Numbered from the stretch's first letter, positions 12,371 through 25,994 are shown. The stretch is 64,000 nt of DNA from Heptranchias perlo (GCF_035084215.1 NW_027138569.1:248001-312000), one strand, 5' to 3'. Notes: generated from the sequence alone by a model not told the origin. A program made the numbers and translations.

Positions 12371-15300
12371 TGAATAGCCAAATAAACTGTATGATCAGCC
12401 TGGAGTGTGAGGGTGCTGACTAGCAGAACAGCAACAGATGAAGGAGGCCAGACAGTTCATGTCTGTTCTGGGGTTACATTTTTATGGATTTAATTTTGAC
12501 AGTTCGAAAGGTGATACCTGGAGGCTGCACAATAAAATCACTCAGTCTTATTTACCTGACCCTGACCATTATTTTCTGTGGGAGATTCGCAGCTGCTCTG
12601 TGAGGCAAACATTCTTCCGATAAACGAAAGCCTGATATTAAATCGGCTTCAGCACGTCTGAAGGTAAATGACTTTTAAAAGGTGGAAGGACTGTTAATCG
12701 GATTGTTAATGACACATTGTAAAAGAAGATCACACAGCGGAGGATAGATCACCATGTCAACAAGAACGATTCCAGGGGGGGGGGGGGGCTAGAGGTCGTT
12801 AGAACACCTGCGGACTTAATTTCGTTAAGTTGTGGACATTGAGAGAAAACAAATTTGGTGTCAATCAATCGTGGGTTGCATTTGTAAGAACGTATTGTTG
12901 ACAAGTCATCGTCCCAGAGGCGTGGTTCTGTATTCAAACGGATTTTATAAGCTGCACAGAAGTTGAGTGGGGAGAGACACAGATCCACCACGACTGTCCC
13001 ATCCTCACATTTCGCTTCCTGGCAGCACCACCTCAGCTGAACTGTTCATTATACTCACTAACACACAGCTTGGTGCCTCGATGCAGGTTTACAGATTGCC
13101 TGTGAAGCAGGTGACCTGACTACATGAGAAATGCACGCTACACAACTACCGTATCAATCAAAAAATATCTGCAACCTTCCCAGCAAGCTTGAGCCAACCA
13201 TGAGCATATCACTTTCGTTATGGGGTTAGTTTAAGGTGCACATTTGATTTCCAAACGGTTATGGATTTGGGGGATTCAGGATGTGTTTTTTTTATTGTTG
13301 CTAAAGCAATTCTAAATCGGTCTTAAACCCAAGATGTTGATAAATTCTAATGTCATTTTTACTAGTGTATTACTAACAATAATAAATGATTGTTTTCTTC
13401 ATAAAGCCAAGGTTTATGCCTGAAGTTTCTTTCGGCAACATAGCTCATTAAGTTAAATGTAAAATTAAACCTTTTGCAAATTGAAGTCTAAAATCATTTT
13501 GCACCTTTTTTTTATTCCTACATTTGTACCATGTGAAACTCCCCCAATAAGTTATTGGATTCTGTAATAAATCACAATGTACTCTTAACCCTTCTACAGA
13601 TTTGCTTAACTGGACAGGACCCCGCAGCACTCTCCTGCTCTGTTACTTTACAAATATTGTTATTGTTTCAGCTTAAAGAAAAATATGAACTTTGGAGAAA
13701 TAAACTAAATCCCAGATCAGAGCTATATTTAGATTGAGTCCAACTTTAATCTGATTTATTCAATAAAAGCTACAACGACATTCTTTACATAAAATGAGTA
13801 ATTTGACCTTTCCTCTGAATGACTGGTCTCTCCTTCTCCGTAAGCATTATGTTCAAATAACCAAATGTTAATTGTACATTTTCTTTGCAGAAATTCACCC
13901 TTTCTTGTTTAATTCCCTCACTGCACGACTGCACTTATGTTTAACAGCAACTAGTTCCAGTCTCACTCAGTTTGTATCTTTAACTAGAGTGGAACTGTGA
14001 TTTCACAGGAGCAGCAAATGAACCTTCTTCGTGTCTCTCAACACAACAAGCATCCGCCTTGTCCCTCAGTTAGGTGGCCGCTTCACCCATCAGTAAGACG
14101 GCTGCCTCACTGGCGGCCATTTTGTTTCATATTCAGGGCGGCTATTTTGTTTAAACTTCATGATAACACTTTTTTTAACATGGCCACTTGTCCCTCAATA
14201 AATTGCCTCCGTGCAGCCGGCCATGTTGTTTCCAGTTCAGGGCAGTGAAGCTGTTGTTCACAATATCATCGTAGTTACGGCACAGGAGGAGGTCATTCGG
14301 TCCATTATGCGTGTGCTGGCTCCTTTAATGGACAATCCAATTAGTCCAGTTTCGTCCTCTGCTCTTTCCCCACAGTCCGAATGGGGGCTTGTTGTAGTAC
14401 TGGTTTTAATGTTTAAATACAGGTTATTTTTGTCTATCAAGGTCATTTCCCAATCTTTCACACTTTAGAACCATCTGCCTTATAAACTGGGATTTGTTTC
14501 TGTGTAACTGAATGTTAGTGAGAGACTGAGCCTGAAACTAAGTGAGGGATCTTGCTGTGGATTTGATTTTTAAAAAATATTCATTGTTTTGCCACCTCTG
14601 AATGTCTAGAATTTGTTTTAACACGTTGGCTAATTGGAAAAAGCCACAAATTGGAAGTTGACCACAAACTACAGGCGTTTTATTCCCTTCTCCACGAACA
14701 GAAGGGAAAACGAACACAGGGACCGTTTGGATTCTGCAGCAAACGCTAACAAGGACAGACAGACAGACCGGCACGTTTAAGGGGGAGTTTGTGAGTGCGT
14801 GGCAAAGCAGGAGAAAAAAACCTGCAAACTTCAATTGCAGAGAGAAGCAACATGTGCTCTTCAGGCTGTACTGAGTGTCTTTCTCTTTCTCCCCATTCCC
14901 AACTTTTCTCTCTCCTCTTTAGATTCTCTGCTTTGTAAATGGGGATTTCGTTTGTCAATGGTGTTTGCTGAGAGATTGCCTGTGTAACGGAATGAGTGCG
15001 TGAGTGAGTGAGTGTGAGTTCGATCTGGGCTCCTGCTGTGCCTTTTTAATCCCTTGCTTTGATTTTAATCAATTCCTTTCTCTCATTCTAACTCTCTTCA
15101 GAGGAATTTTTGTGTAAATGCTGTAACATGAAGACGTGGAAAGAGAAAATTTGGGAGGACGAATCTTTAGACAAGAGGCTTTCTCTCCACCGGAGGTTGC
15201 TCTCAATGGGGCTCACGTGCGCTTTATCTGGTTAACTGTGCGATCACTGGGAGCACTTTGGGATCACTGGGTCACTGTGGGATCATTTTTTGTTCATCGT

Positions 15301-15429
15301 GGGATCACTGTGGGCATTGTCGCACCACAGGGACACTGTGGGATCACTGGGACAATATGGGGTCGGTGGGACACTGTGGGATCACTGGGAGCTTCCAATG
15401 TTTCCGATGTTACTATTTTTTTTCAACTG

Positions 15430-15650
15430 AGGATTCCCCTCCACTGTTGTTGACAGGTCCCTCGACCGTATCTGTCCCATTTCCTGCATTCTGCCCTCAC
15501 CTCTTCCCCTCCCTCCCAGAAGCACGATAGGGTCCCCCTTGTCCTCACCTTTCACCTCACCAGCCACCACATTCAAGGTATCATCGTCTGCCATTTCCAC
15601 AATCCCCAGCGTGATGTCACCAACAAATTCATCTTCCCCTCCACTCCCTG
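15430..15650 (+). mobile_element. Degenerate Penelope-like element fragment (RT to GIY-YIG linker)
   Basis: Translates as DRVPLVLTFHLTSHHIQGIIVCHFHNPQRDVTNKFIFP, the PLE 'P(L/F)VLT(F/Y)HP' linker pattern. Confidence 0.6.
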
Positions 15651-16099
15651 CAATAAATGCTGGCCGTGCCAGCGACGCCCACGTCCAATGAATGAATTAA
15701 AAAGGGGGTTCCTGAAACACAAGGGATTGTGGTTATTTTAGCGGCCATTCGAGACGGATTCTCGGTGAGCCTTTGTATAACTTCGCATTTCCGAATGAAC
15801 GTCAGTACAGATACAATTAGTGGGACAGGACGCTGGCGAAGGGCTATTTAGTGAAACCATGAGGAGTTTGGGTCAACGTCAGTACAGATACAGTCAGTGT
15901 CGATTGGGTAATCCAGCCTGAGACGGGCTTTGTAAAGGGCAGAGAGGTTGGGTGGGCTTTGAAATGGAGAGAGAGATCAGGAGGACTCTTTAATGGACAG
16001 GGAGTATCAAATAGGATCTGTTGTGGGTCGGGGGGTGGATAGTTGTGTCTGGTGCGCTGAAATGTGCAGAGAGGATGTGCTGTCGTCTGCAATGGGGGA

Positions 16100-16950
16100 G
16101 GGGGAGGATCAGATGGGCTCTGTAATGGACAGGGAGGTTCAGGTCGGCTCTGTAAATGACAAGGGGGATTAGGCGGGCACTGTAATGGGTAGGGAGGATC
16201 AGATGGGCTCTGTAAAAGGCGGGGAGGATCAGATGGTCTCTGTAATGGGCGGGGAGGGTCTGGTGGGCTCTGTGATGGGCGGAGAGGATCAGGTGGGATC
16301 TGTATTGGGAGGGGAGGATCTGGTGGGTTCTGTAATAGGCGGGGAGGATCAGGTGGGCTCTCTGATGGGCGGGGGTGATCAGGTGGGCTCTGTAATAGGC
16401 GGGGAGGATCAAGTGGGCTCTGTAATAGGCGGGGAGGATCAGGTGGGCTCTCTGATGGGCGGGGAGGATCAGGTGGGCTCTCTGATGGGCGGGGGAGATC
16501 AGGTCGGTTCTGTAATAGGCGGGGAGGATCATGTGGGCTCTGTAATAGGCGGGGAGGATCAGGTGGGCTCTCTGATGGGCGGGGGAGATCAGGTCGGTTC
16601 TGTAATAGGCGGGGAGGATCAGGTGGGCTCTGTAATATGCTGGGTGGATCAGGTGGGCTCTCTGATGGGCGGGGAGGGTCAAGTGGGCTCTGTAATGGGC
16701 GGGGAGGATCAGGTGGGCTCTGTATTAGGCGGGGAGGATCAGGTGGGCTCCGTGATGTGCGGGGTGGGTCAGGTGGGCTCTCTGATGGGCGGGGAGGGTC
16801 AAGTGGGCTCTGTAATGGGCGGGGAGGATCAGGTGGGCTCTGTATTAGGCGGGGAGGATCAGGTGGGCTCCGTGATGTGCGGGGTGGGTCAGGTGGGCTC
16901 AGTGATGGGCAGGGAGGATCAGGTGGGCTCTGTAATGTAGAGGGAGGATC
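16100..16950. repeat. 30-bp G-rich minisatellite (about 28 copies)
   Basis: Unit GGGCGGGGAGGATCAGGTGGGCTCTGTAAT; degenerates out to about 17310. Confidence 0.95.
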
Positions 16951-17659
16951 GGTTTGCTCTGTTGTGAGTGGAATCATTGCCGAGCTTTATTGTGAGGTGG
17001 GAGGAAGGGCGGGCTCTGTGTGTGTGGGGAGCATTTGCGGGCTCATTTCTGAGGGGGAATATAGCCGAGCTCTGTTATGGGGGGAAGGGCAGCCTCTGTA
17101 GTGGGGACGGGGTGTGGGCTCTGTTGTGGAGTAGGGGATATTGATGGGCGGGTTCTGTTGTCGGGGGGGGGGAGTGGGCTATGTTGTAGTGGGGGTGTTG
17201 TTGATAGGCGGACTCTGTTGTGGTGGGAGGTGGTATTGCTGGGCGGGCTCTGTTGTGGGGGGTCGTTGAGGGGCTCTGTTATGGGCGGGGGCGGTTGATG
17301 GGCGTGCTCTGTTACCGACCGGCCTGTGATGTGTGGTAACATGTTTCGTGTCAGCAGTCGGCGCCTTCTGTATTCGGTGAAATGGCTTCAAACTTCTTCA
17401 TTTTGGGATATGGGAAGCGAATGGGATGGGGTTTGATGGATGCAGGTTTATGGGGAGAGAGCTAGAATTTTGAGATCTCAGTGCCTCCAAAAACTCTGAT
17501 TTTTCTTAAAGATCCGTTTAACTCCCTTGTTTCATTTGGAAACATTTCAGAATTTTTGCAGTGACAGAAGACAGGGATTTACAGCTTTGGGGGAAAAGGA
17601 GAGGAAAGAATGTTCCATAGATACTAGAATTTTCTGTTCTGAATTTTTATCCTCTATTT

Positions 17660-18305
17660 ACAGTGATGACGTTTGTAAACTCCATTTGCAGGGTATTAGA
17701 AGGGGAGGATTTGAAGACGGGAAACTCAAACGAAACATCACCTCAAGCTCTGACAGAGTGTCTCCATTCATCAGGACCTGAATATTAGCGGCCTTTGAAT
17801 GTGGAAGGAGAATTGTTTGTCTGGTCTGTCTGTGGGAAGAGATTTCAAACATCAGTGTGACTGGAAAAGCACCGAGACACACACACCCGAGTGAGAGTGT
17901 TCCAGTGCACTGACTGGGGGAAGAGATTGAACCAGTCACAGAGCCTTAAAAAACATCGCACCATTCACAGCGGGGTGAAACCGTGCACGTGTTCTGTGCG
18001 TGGGCGAGACTTCAGCTGATCGTCCAACCTGGAGAGACACATGGACACCCGCACCATGGAGAAACCGTGGAACTGTGGGCCTGTGGGAAGGGATTCAATG
18101 ACCAGTCCCAGCTGGAAACTCATCGACGTAGTCACACTGGGGGAGATCGTTCAAATGTTCCATGTGTTGAAAAGGATTCACTCTGTCATCCCATCTGCTT
18201 ACTCACCAGCGAGTTCAAACTGAGGATAGACCGTTCGTCTGCTCCATGTGTGGGAAGGAATCACTAATTCATCCAAACTACTGAAGCACCAGCGAGTTCA
18301 CTTAT
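17660..18305 (+). pseudogene. Degenerate C2H2 zinc-finger exon (copy 1)
   Basis: Fragments VCLVCLWEE, FQCTDWGKRLNQSQSLKKHRTIHSGVKPCTCSV, MEKPWNC..GKGFNDQSQLETHRRSHTG, HQRV; multiple frameshifts and stops. Confidence 0.8.
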
Positions 18306-20364
18306 GACTGCAGGGGTTGGATTCTGCTGTTATTGCTGAAATCACCTCGAGGGCTGAACCATGTTCATTCTGATAGATGAAGCTTGTTTCTGGTTATGTT
18401 ACTAACCCATGTAACTGGGCTGGGGTTTAATATTCTGGATAAATGTAAAGTAAATCAGCGTTGTTTTAAAAACGTTCTTGTAGATTTTGGTATTTCCCAC
18501 CTGAGTGTTCAGCATCACCTAACTGGAGCTCAGAAAGGACGATCCGGGGGAAGGATTTTACGGTGGGAACAGAACTTTACCCTGGACACAGTCCTTTAGG
18601 GCCACACTGAGAGGGGCAAACGGGATTTTCGTCTTTCTTGTCTCTCTTTACTGACAGCAAAGTCGCCTTGGGGGTCAATCTTGATGCGTCTAAGAAATGT
18701 GTCCGAGCTGCTCTCTTCCGTGGTTCAGAGCTCATGGACAGGGAAAAGAAGATTCCTTTACACCTGTGTTCAAAGCCGGGAAGAACAATGGTGAATGCTG
18801 CGAACGTGTTCTCAAATCAGAGATTGGAGCAAAACCGTGGTCTGTTTCACTGAAACGGCAGGATTAAGATTCGAGTTTAAAGATGACTGGTAATTGTTCT
18901 TTAATTGTAACAATTATTTCCGCTTTAAATAGAATCACTGCACCGTGCAGTGTCCACCAGCGGACGGCGACATTTCCACCTTACTGGAACCACTGCACCG
19001 TGCAGTGTCCACCATGGGAGGGCGTCATTTGTCTCCAATTGTAATCCTCGCAGCAGTGAGTCACTTCGAACTTTCAAGGTCAAAGAACCAATTAAAGAGC
19101 AACCTGTGGAATTATTGTCACTGGGATATATGCTACCAGTTTTTTTTTGTACTATCATTTCTTGTTTCTTGTAAAAGATTGACTACAACCTGTAGTTTTT
19201 GGTCATTTTACCAACTGTGCTTGGATGAAGTTTACACTTTAGCGAATATCGTCAACACAGTTTAATAAAGCCCTGATTTATCAAGCGTATCAGAGAACAC
19301 AGAGTGCATTCTCGGGAGATTGGACAGAATATGGGAAGAATTGAGTTATGACGATGGGTCATGAGGGATACAAGGAAGTAGTGGAGATGGCTTATCTGTG
19401 ATCGAGACAATGGGAATAGAAATGCCACATAAGATGACAAGGTCAAGCATGTTGCCGTGAATATGGATTTTATATGGAGCGAGAGGTTAATGGAGGACAG
19501 GAGGCCAGTGATTTCCGAGGAGAGAGGGCAAGTTCATTGATTTCAATTTCCAACCGAACTTATAGCCTGGTCGGAAATTTAAGAAAAGGAAGGAGACAGT
19601 CTGAGAGAGTCCAAGGTGGATGTCTGAGTCCTGTGGTGGGAAGAAATTGAGTTGCAGACCAGGTGGAGACAGCTTGAAGCATCGACATTCAATGTCCGCC
19701 TTCGGGACAGTATGGGATAGGAAGTGATCCCAGGAGGTGTTCGACGTGCAGAGTATCAGTGGGCGTACAGCTGGAGGTGAGCGGGAAAGGTAACAGTGTC
19801 TGTTCCTTTAACTGGCGACCGCACAGTAATAGAGGGCGCACTATCCCTTTAAGTGCCGACCCTTCCTCGCGACAACATTTTCTTTTGTATAAAATTAATA
19901 ATAAAACTCCAGAAAATCCAACACATTTATTTATAAAAACTATAATATTCTGGCTCACCACACTGTTGCCTTTTTCATTTGTTTTTAAAAACGTCGTTCT
20001 TTTTCAATAATTAATATTTTGAAAAATAATCCTTTATTTAAAAGATAAATGAATAAACATCCCCGGCCCGTCTCCTTTCGTGTTTGAGACAAAGAGACAC
20101 TGGGTTTGGATCCAACGCACTGGTCAGCAGAATCCCGCCCCCTCCCTACTGTGAGTGGACCATGAACAGACTATCGGACTCCAGTCCATCTCCGCGCTTC
20201 CTATTTGTAATGAACTAATGTCAATCATCTACACCCGCCAAGTTTGATTTGGGGGGGAGGGGGCGTCGGTGGGTGGAACTGAGGCCCCAGAACTGAACTC
20301 CGGCCAAGCAACAGAATCGGTAACAATCGAATTTTCAATTTGCCAATTGAAATAAAGGGCTCAG

Positions 20365-20600
20365 GCGGCGGGTCACTCCGGGTCTCAGGTTTTCTGATAG
20401 GGGAAAGAGCGGCGGGTCGCTCCGGGTCTCAGGTTTCCGATAGGAGACAGGGCGGCGGATCGCTCTGGGTGTCAGGTTTCTGACAGGGGACAGGGCGGCG
20501 TGTCGCTCCGGGTCTCAGGTTTCCGATAGGGGACAGGGCGGCGGGTCGCTCCGCGTCTCAGGTTTCTGATAGGGGACAGGGCGGCGGGTCGGCTCCGGGC
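20365..20600. repeat. 43-bp GC-rich tandem repeat (about 5.5 copies)
   Basis: Unit GGCGGCGGGTCGCTCCGGGTCTCAGGTTTCCGATAGGGGACAG starting at 20365, 20408, 20451, 20494, 20537, 20580. Confidence 0.9.
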
Positions 20601-20854
20601 CTCCGTTTACTGTTTAGTGTTAAATAAAAAGAGAAAACTCTGCAAACACTCAGCAGGAATGTTTAGTGTCGCCTCTTCACTCGGCGCTGAAAACCCGCTT
20701 CTCGCCACGGTAAATTTCAATCAGGAATTCGGGATCTCAATGGCAGGTGCTAGTACCCAGAATACCCGGGAGCTGGAAAACGGCCTATTCTTACCAGTGT
20801 AACCCAGCGCGCAGGCTCAGTATATGTTTGTTGCCAGTTGCAATGTTGGAAGGG

Positions 20855-21472
20855 GGTGCAGACAGAGATCGAGGACCGGGGATCGATACAAACCACGGCG
20901 GGGTGGGGCGGGGTGGGGAGATAGAGAGCGAGGGCCGGGGATTGATACAAACCACGGGGGTGGAGACAGCGAGCGAGGGCCGGGGATCATTTGACACCCC
21001 GAGAGGTGGAGATAGTGAGCGAGGGTCGGGGATCATTTTAAACCCCGAGAGGTGGAGATAGTGAGCGAGGGTCGGGGATCAATGCAAATCCCGAGGGGTG
21101 GAGATAGTGAGCGAGGGTCGGGGATCAATGCAAATCCCGAGGGGTGGAGATAGTGAGCGAGGGTCGGGGATCAATGCAAACCCCGAGAGGTGGAGATAGT
21201 GAGCGAGGGTCGGGGATCAATGCAAACCCCGAGAGGTGGAGATAGAGAGCGAGGGTCGGGGATCATTTTAAACCCCGAGAGGTGGAGATGGTGAGCGAGG
21301 GTCGGGGATCAATGCAAATCCCGAGGGGTGGAGATAGTGAGCGAGGGTCGGGGATCAATGCAAATCCCGAGGGGTGGAGATAGTGAGCGAGGGTCGGGGA
21401 TCAATGCAAACCCCGAGAGGTGGAGATAGAGAGCGAGGGTCAGGGATCAATGCAAACCCCGAGGGGTGGAGA
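20855..21472. repeat. 46-bp tandem repeat (about 13 copies)
   Basis: Unit GGTGGAGATAGTGAGCGAGGGTCGGGGATCAATGCAAATCCCGAGG. Confidence 0.92.
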
Positions 21473-21589
21473 CACACTCTTCGGAAACACGACTGTGGGT
21501 CTGAGGACCCTGAGCACACGGAACCCGTGCGTGTCCAGAGGGCGGCATCTGCGATGATCTCTCCCATGTGATGGCACCGGTATACCAGA

Positions 21590-21660
21590 TAACCAGCCGC
21601 CATCTTGGAAGAGGAAGTTGGGAACAGTTCAGTGATCAGCACGGCGCATGTGCGGCCCAC
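21590..21660 (-). promoter_or_regulatory. CpG-rich promoter-like motif cluster (YY1, ETS, NRF1-like)
   Basis: GCCGCCATCTTG at 21596-21607 (CAAGATGGCGGC on minus), GAGGAAGT at 21611, GGCGCATGTGC at about 21643. Confidence 0.45.
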
Positions 21661-21664
21661 TTGC

Positions 21665-24600
21665 TGCAGGAACAAGGAGTGGGCGCGGATTCAGGGTCTC
21701 AGTGACCAGGAGTAAAGTTTGGGCGAGGCTTCCGGATTTCAGTGATCAGAAGCAAAGCGTGGTCGGGGCTTAAGGGTCCGAGAAAACAGGAACGAAGACT
21801 TGGGAGGTTTCAGTGTCCCACTAACCAGGAACAAGTTATGGGAGGCGGGGGGGCGGGGGGGGGGGGGGGGCGGTGGGGGCCGGGTCACTGTGAGCAGGAA
21901 CAAAGCCGGGTCGTGGCTTTAGGGTCCCAGTGGCCAGGAACAAATTATGGGCTAGGGTTCCGGGTCCCAGTGAGCAGCAACAAAGCCTGGTCGGGGCTTC
22001 ATGGTTCCAGTGACCGGGAAGGTGAAGTGAGAGTGACTGCCCTTGACATCAAGGCAGCATTTGACTGAATGTGGCACAAAGCAACCCAGTAAAATTGAAA
22101 TCAATAGGAATCGGGGGAGAACTCTCCAGTGGCTGGAGTCATAACAAGCACAAATGGAGATGGTAGTGGTTGTTGGAGGCCAATCATCTCAGCCCCAGGA
22201 CATGGCTGCAGGAGTTCCTCAAAGCAATATCATAGGCCCAACCATCTTTAGCATTTTTATATTCGTTCATGAGATGTGTGCGTCACTGGCAAGGCCAGCA
22301 TTTATTGCCCATCCCCAATTGCCTTGAGAAGGGGGTGGTGATCCGCCTTCGTCAACTGCTGCAGTCCATGTGCTGAAGGTTCTCCCACAGTTGCTTCATC
22401 AATGACCTTCACTGCATCATAAGGTCAGAAATGGGGATGTTCGCTGATGATTGCACAATATTCAGTTCCCTTTGCAGCCCCTGACATAATGAAGCAGACC
22501 GTGTCCGCATGCAGCAAGAACTGGACAACATCCAGGCTTGGGCTCATAAGTGGCAAGAAACATTCGCGCCAGACAAGTGCCAGGCAATGACCATCTCCAA
22601 CAAGAGAGAGTCTAACCAACTCCCCTTGACATTCAAGAGCACTACCATCACCGAATCCCCTACCATCAGCATACTAGGGTCATCATTGACCAGAAACTTA
22701 ACTGGACCAGCCATATAAATACTGTGGCTACAAGAGCAGGTTAGAGTCCGGCTATTCTGCGGCAAGTGACTCACGTCCTGAGTCTCCAAAGCCTTTCCAC
22801 CATCTACAAGGTCAACTCAGGAGTGTGATGGAATACTCTCCACTTGACTGGATGAGTGCAACTCCAACAACACTCAAGAAGCTCGACACCATCCAGGACA
22901 AAGCAGCCCGCTTGATTGGCACCCCATCCACCACCCGAAACATTCACTCCCTCCACCATCAGCGCACCGTGGCTGCAGTGTGTACCATCCACAGGATGCA
23001 CTGCAGCAATTCGCCAAGGCTTCTTCGACAGCACCTCCCAAACGCACGACCTCTACCACCTAGAAGGACGAGGGCATAAGGCACATGGGAACAACACCAC
23101 CTGCACGTTCCCCTCCAAGTCACACACCCTCCCGACTTGGAAATATATCGCCGTTCCTTCAACGTCGCGGGGTCAAAATCCTGGAACTCCCTTCCTAACA
23201 GCACTGTGGGAGAACCTTCACCACACGGACTGCAGCAGTTCAAGAAGGCGGCTCACCACCACGTTCTCAAGGGCAATTAGGGATGGAAAATAAATGCTGG
23301 TCTTGCCAGTGACGCCCACATCCCATGAACGAATAAAAATAAAACAAAGAGTATGCGAGGCTTCAGCGCCCCAGTGACCAGGAACAAATAGTGGGCGGTG
23401 ATTTCGGCTCCCAGTGAACCGCAACAAATAGTGGGCGAGGCTTCAGGGCCCCACCGACCAGAAACAAAGTACGGGCGGTGTTTCAGGGCCCCAGTGACCA
23501 GGAACAAAGAGTAGTAGGGCCTTCAGTGTCCCAGTGACCATGAACAAAGTATGGGCGGGGTTTCAGGGTCCCAGTAACCAGGAACACAGAATGGGCGGGG
23601 CTTCAGAGTCATAGTGGCTCGGATCAAATAGTGGGCAGTTTTTCAGTGTCCCAGTGACCAGCAGCAAATAGTGGGCAGGGTTTCAGTGTCCCAGTGACCA
23701 GGAACAAATAGTGGGCAGGGATTCAGTGTCGCAGTGAACAGGAACAAATAGTGGGCAGGGTTTCAGAGTCCCAGTGACCAGGAACACATATTAGGCAGGG
23801 CTTCAGGGTCCCAGTGACCGGGAACAAATTGTGGGCAGAGTTTCAGTGTCCCAGTGAGCAGGAACAAATAGTAGGCAGGGTTTCAGGGTCCCAATGACCT
23901 GGCGCAAATAGTGGGCAGGGTTTCAGGGTCTCAGTGACGAGGAATAAATTGTGGCAGGGTTTCAAGGTCCCAGTGACTAGGAACAAATAGCGGGCAGCGT
24001 TTCAATGTCCCAGTGACCAGGAACAAATAGTGGCAGGGTTTCAGGGTTCCAGTGACTGGGAACAAATAGTGGGCAGGGTTTCAATGCCCCAGTGACCAGG
24101 AACAAATAGTAGGCAGGGTTTCAGGGTCCCAGTGACCAGGAACACATATTAGGCAGGGTTTCAATGTCCCAGTGACCAGGAACAAATAGTGGCAGGGTTT
24201 CAGGGTTCCAGTGACTAGGAACAAATAGTGGGCAGGGTTTCACTGTCCCAGTGACCAGGAACAAATAGTAGGCAGGGTTTCAGGGTCCCAGTGATTAGGA
24301 ACAAATAGTGGGCAGGGTTTTGGAGTCCCAGTGACCAGGGACAAATAGTGGGCAGGGTTTCAGAGACCCAGTGACCAGGAACAAATATTAGGCAAGGTTG
24401 CAGGGCCCCAGTGACCAGGAACAAATAGTAGGCAGGGTTTCAGGGTCCCAGTGACTGGGAACAAATAGTAGGCAGGGTTTCAATGCCCCAGTGACCATGA
24501 ACAAATAGTAGGCAAGGTTTCAGGCTCCCAGTGACCAGGAACACATATTAGGCAGGGTTTCAATGTTCCAGTGACCAGGAACAAATAGTGGCAGGGTTTC

Positions 24601-25735
24601 AGGGTTCCAGTGACTAGGAACAAATAGTGGGCAGGGTTTCACTGTCTCAGTGACCAGGAACAAATAGTAGGCAGGGTTTCGGAGTCCCAGTGACCAGGAA
24701 CAAATAGTGGCAGGGTTTCAGGGTTCCAGTGACTGGGAACAAATAGTGGGCAGGGTTTCAATGCCCCAGTGACCAGGAACAAATAGTAGGCAGGGTTTCA
24801 GGGTCCCAGTGACCAGGAACACATATTAGGCAGGGTTTCAATGTCCCAGTGACCAGGAACAAATAGTGGCAGGGTTTCAGGGTTCCAGTGACTAGGAACA
24901 AATAGTGGGCAGGGTTTCACTGTCCCAGTGACCAGGAACAAATAGTAGGCAGGGTTTCAGGGTCCCAGTGATTAGGAACAAATAGTGGGCAGGGTTTTGG
25001 AGTCCCAGTGACCAGGGACAAATAGTGGGCAGGGTTTCAGAGACCCAGTGACCAGGAACAAATATTAGGCAAGGTTGCAGGGCCCCAGTGACCAGGAACA
25101 AATAGTAGGCAGGGTTTCAGGGTCCCAGTGACTGGGAACAAATAGTAGGCAGGGTTTCAATGCCCCAGTGACCATGAACAAATAGTAGGCAAGGTTTCAG
25201 GCTCCCAGTGACCAGGAACACATATTAGGCAGGGTTTCAATGTCCCAGTGACCAGGAACAAATAGTGGCAGGGTTTCAGGGTTCCAGTGACTAGGAACAA
25301 ATAGTGGGCAGGGTTTCACTGTCCCAGTGACCAGGAACAAATAGTAGGCAGGGTTTCAGGGTCCCAGTGACTAGGAACAAATAGTGGGCAGGGTTTCGGA
25401 GTCCCAGTGACCAGGGACAAATAGTGGGCAGGGTTTCAGAGACCCAGTGACCAGGAACAAATATTAGGCAAGGTTGCAAGGCCCCAGTGACCAGGAACAA
25501 ATAGTAGGCAGGGTTTCAGGGTCCCAGTGACTAGGAACAAATAGTGGGCAGGGTTTCAGAGTCCCAGGAACCAGGAACAAATAGTAGGCAGGGCTTCAGG
25601 GTCCCAGTGACCAGGAACAAATAGTAAGCAGGGTTTCAGAGTTCCAGTGACCAGGAACAAATATTAGGCAGGGCATAAGGGTCCCAGTAACCAGGAACAA
25701 AGAGTGGGCGGGGCTTCTGCTTCCCAGTAACCTGG
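21665..25735. repeat. 40-bp satellite array, split by a LINE insertion
   Basis: Unit GGAACAAATAGTGGGCAGGGTTTCAGGGTCCCAGTGACCA; diverged at 21665-22020, homogeneous at 23350-25735. Confidence 0.95.
22020..23345 (+). mobile_element. 5'-truncated LINE (RT to poly-A-like tail) with a nested antisense copy of its own tail (about 22253-22391)
   Basis: Peptides ALDIKAAFD, GVPQ, FADDC, MQQELDNIQAWAHKWQ; tail CCCATGAACGAATAAAAATAAAA. Confidence 0.88.
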
Positions 25736-25994
25736 AGAGAAAATCAGTCACACATTTATTGTATTCTCACTCTGCACACAGTGGGTGTAGAACTGAACCC
25801 AACCAGAGTAGAGCGAGGGACAGAACTGGGAGTGGAAGAGAGGAATGTTGGAGATGGTGCGATAGGTTTGGATTTCAGCACAGGGAGGAGGGAGAGTGTG
25901 TGGGACGGGGATTTACAGCTTTGGGGGAACAAGAGAGGAAACATGTTCCATAGAAACTAGAATTCTGTGTTCTGAATTGCTATCCTGTATTTAC

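Noticed and set aside
8904-12381. Many Ser/Leu/Phe-rich or Arg/Glu-rich ORFs
   Set aside because: Artefacts of GA/TC low-complexity sequence.
15844-17101. Long Pro-rich or Gly-rich ORFs (377, 251, 230 aa)
   Set aside because: They are translations of a 30-bp minisatellite, open in several frames on both strands, with no splice or domain evidence.
23350-25735. CRISPR-like regular array
   Set aside because: Head-to-tail 40-bp units without unique spacers, in eukaryotic context with no cas genes.
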